Shown here one piece after another: positions 24,704 through 25,010 of a DNA stretch of 25,010 bases (the first letter of the stretch is position 1; each line of letters opens with the position of its first letter). A model generated the notes under the pieces. The model was not told the origin of the DNA. It ran no database searches and was given only the letters and a program-made list of their open reading frames with translations. The position numbers and the translations under genes are program-made. Source of the stretch: a virus (lineage: Duplodnaviria; Caudoviricetes); the IMG/VR virus record IMGVR_UViG_3300048576_000387, positions 1 through 25,010 of that record, one strand, 5' to 3'.

Positions 24704-25010
24704 GATGGCCTCCGTTTCTTCGCTGCGAACCAACCCCCGGGGGTGGCGGCTTGCTTTGGGGCGGCGGCCGCGGGGGCGATCATCCGGACGCCGCGGCGAT
24801 GGGCAGCCGGCCCGCACAGCGCGGCGGCGTCGAGCCAGTGGTTCTGCTTCCGCAAGCGCTTCCACTTGCGAACGAAGCCCTTTTCCGGGATGAACTGCTG
24901 CTGGCACTTCTCGGCCGTGAGGTGCTTGAAGAAGGTGAGATGCTCGGCCGGCATCGCCGGGAAGAGCGTGAGGGCGCCGGGCTGGTCCTTGGGCATGGCA
25001 AGCCGCTCGT
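24700..25010 (-). CDS. terL: terminase large subunit, lambda gpA family (C-terminal part)
   Basis: HLTAEK...W...NHWLD nuclease motif; frame open to the window edge. Confidence 0.88.
   Translation of the reverse strand, partial: ERLAMPKDQPGALTLFPAMPAEHLTFFKHLTAEKCQQQFIPEKGFVRKWKRLRKQNHWLDAAALCGPAAHRRGVRMIAPAAAAPKQAATPGGWFAAKKRRPS

Larger units (their letters stand above)
1..25010 (-). mobile_element. lambda-like siphovirus or prophage, packaging/head/tail region
   Basis: Gene order terL...gpW-portal-protease/capsid-neck-tail; no sheath gene; no ends, integrase or att site in the window. Confidence 0.92.

Overview
High-GC segment of a lambda-like, non-contractile-tailed (pro)phage; the host is not identifiable from sequence alone, though the repeat style suggests a Planctomycetota-like bacterium (inference). 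The morphogenesis module runs on the minus strand: terminase large subunit (3' end, right edge), gpW-like adaptor, lambda-type portal, protease-scaffold-capsid fusion, extended DUF2190 protein, FII/U/Z-like neck genes, internally duplicated tail tube protein, tail chaperone with an A9 slippery site, short tape measure protein, two small tail genes and a LamG/CBM adhesin running off the left edge (missed by the ORF track). About 11.6 kb of accessory DNA (13083-24699) separates terL from gpW, which are normally neighbours. It holds (i) a double Zn-ribbon protein, a ParB-like protein and an ABC-ATPase/GNAT/wHTH fusion (predicted DNA-modification locus); (ii) a hairpin-punctuated cassette with a structured leader: MoxR-type AAA ATPase, vWA-like partner, two small proteins and an ASCH protein with a beta-clamp motif; (iii) a lower-GC plus-strand island: PadR, two paralogous membrane proteins, NYN nuclease and NDT/TIR-like effector (candidate regulated defence system). 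Two families of inverted short-tandem repeats sit at gene junctions, one enclosing the capsid gene start. All family calls come from motif recognition by eye, not database searches.
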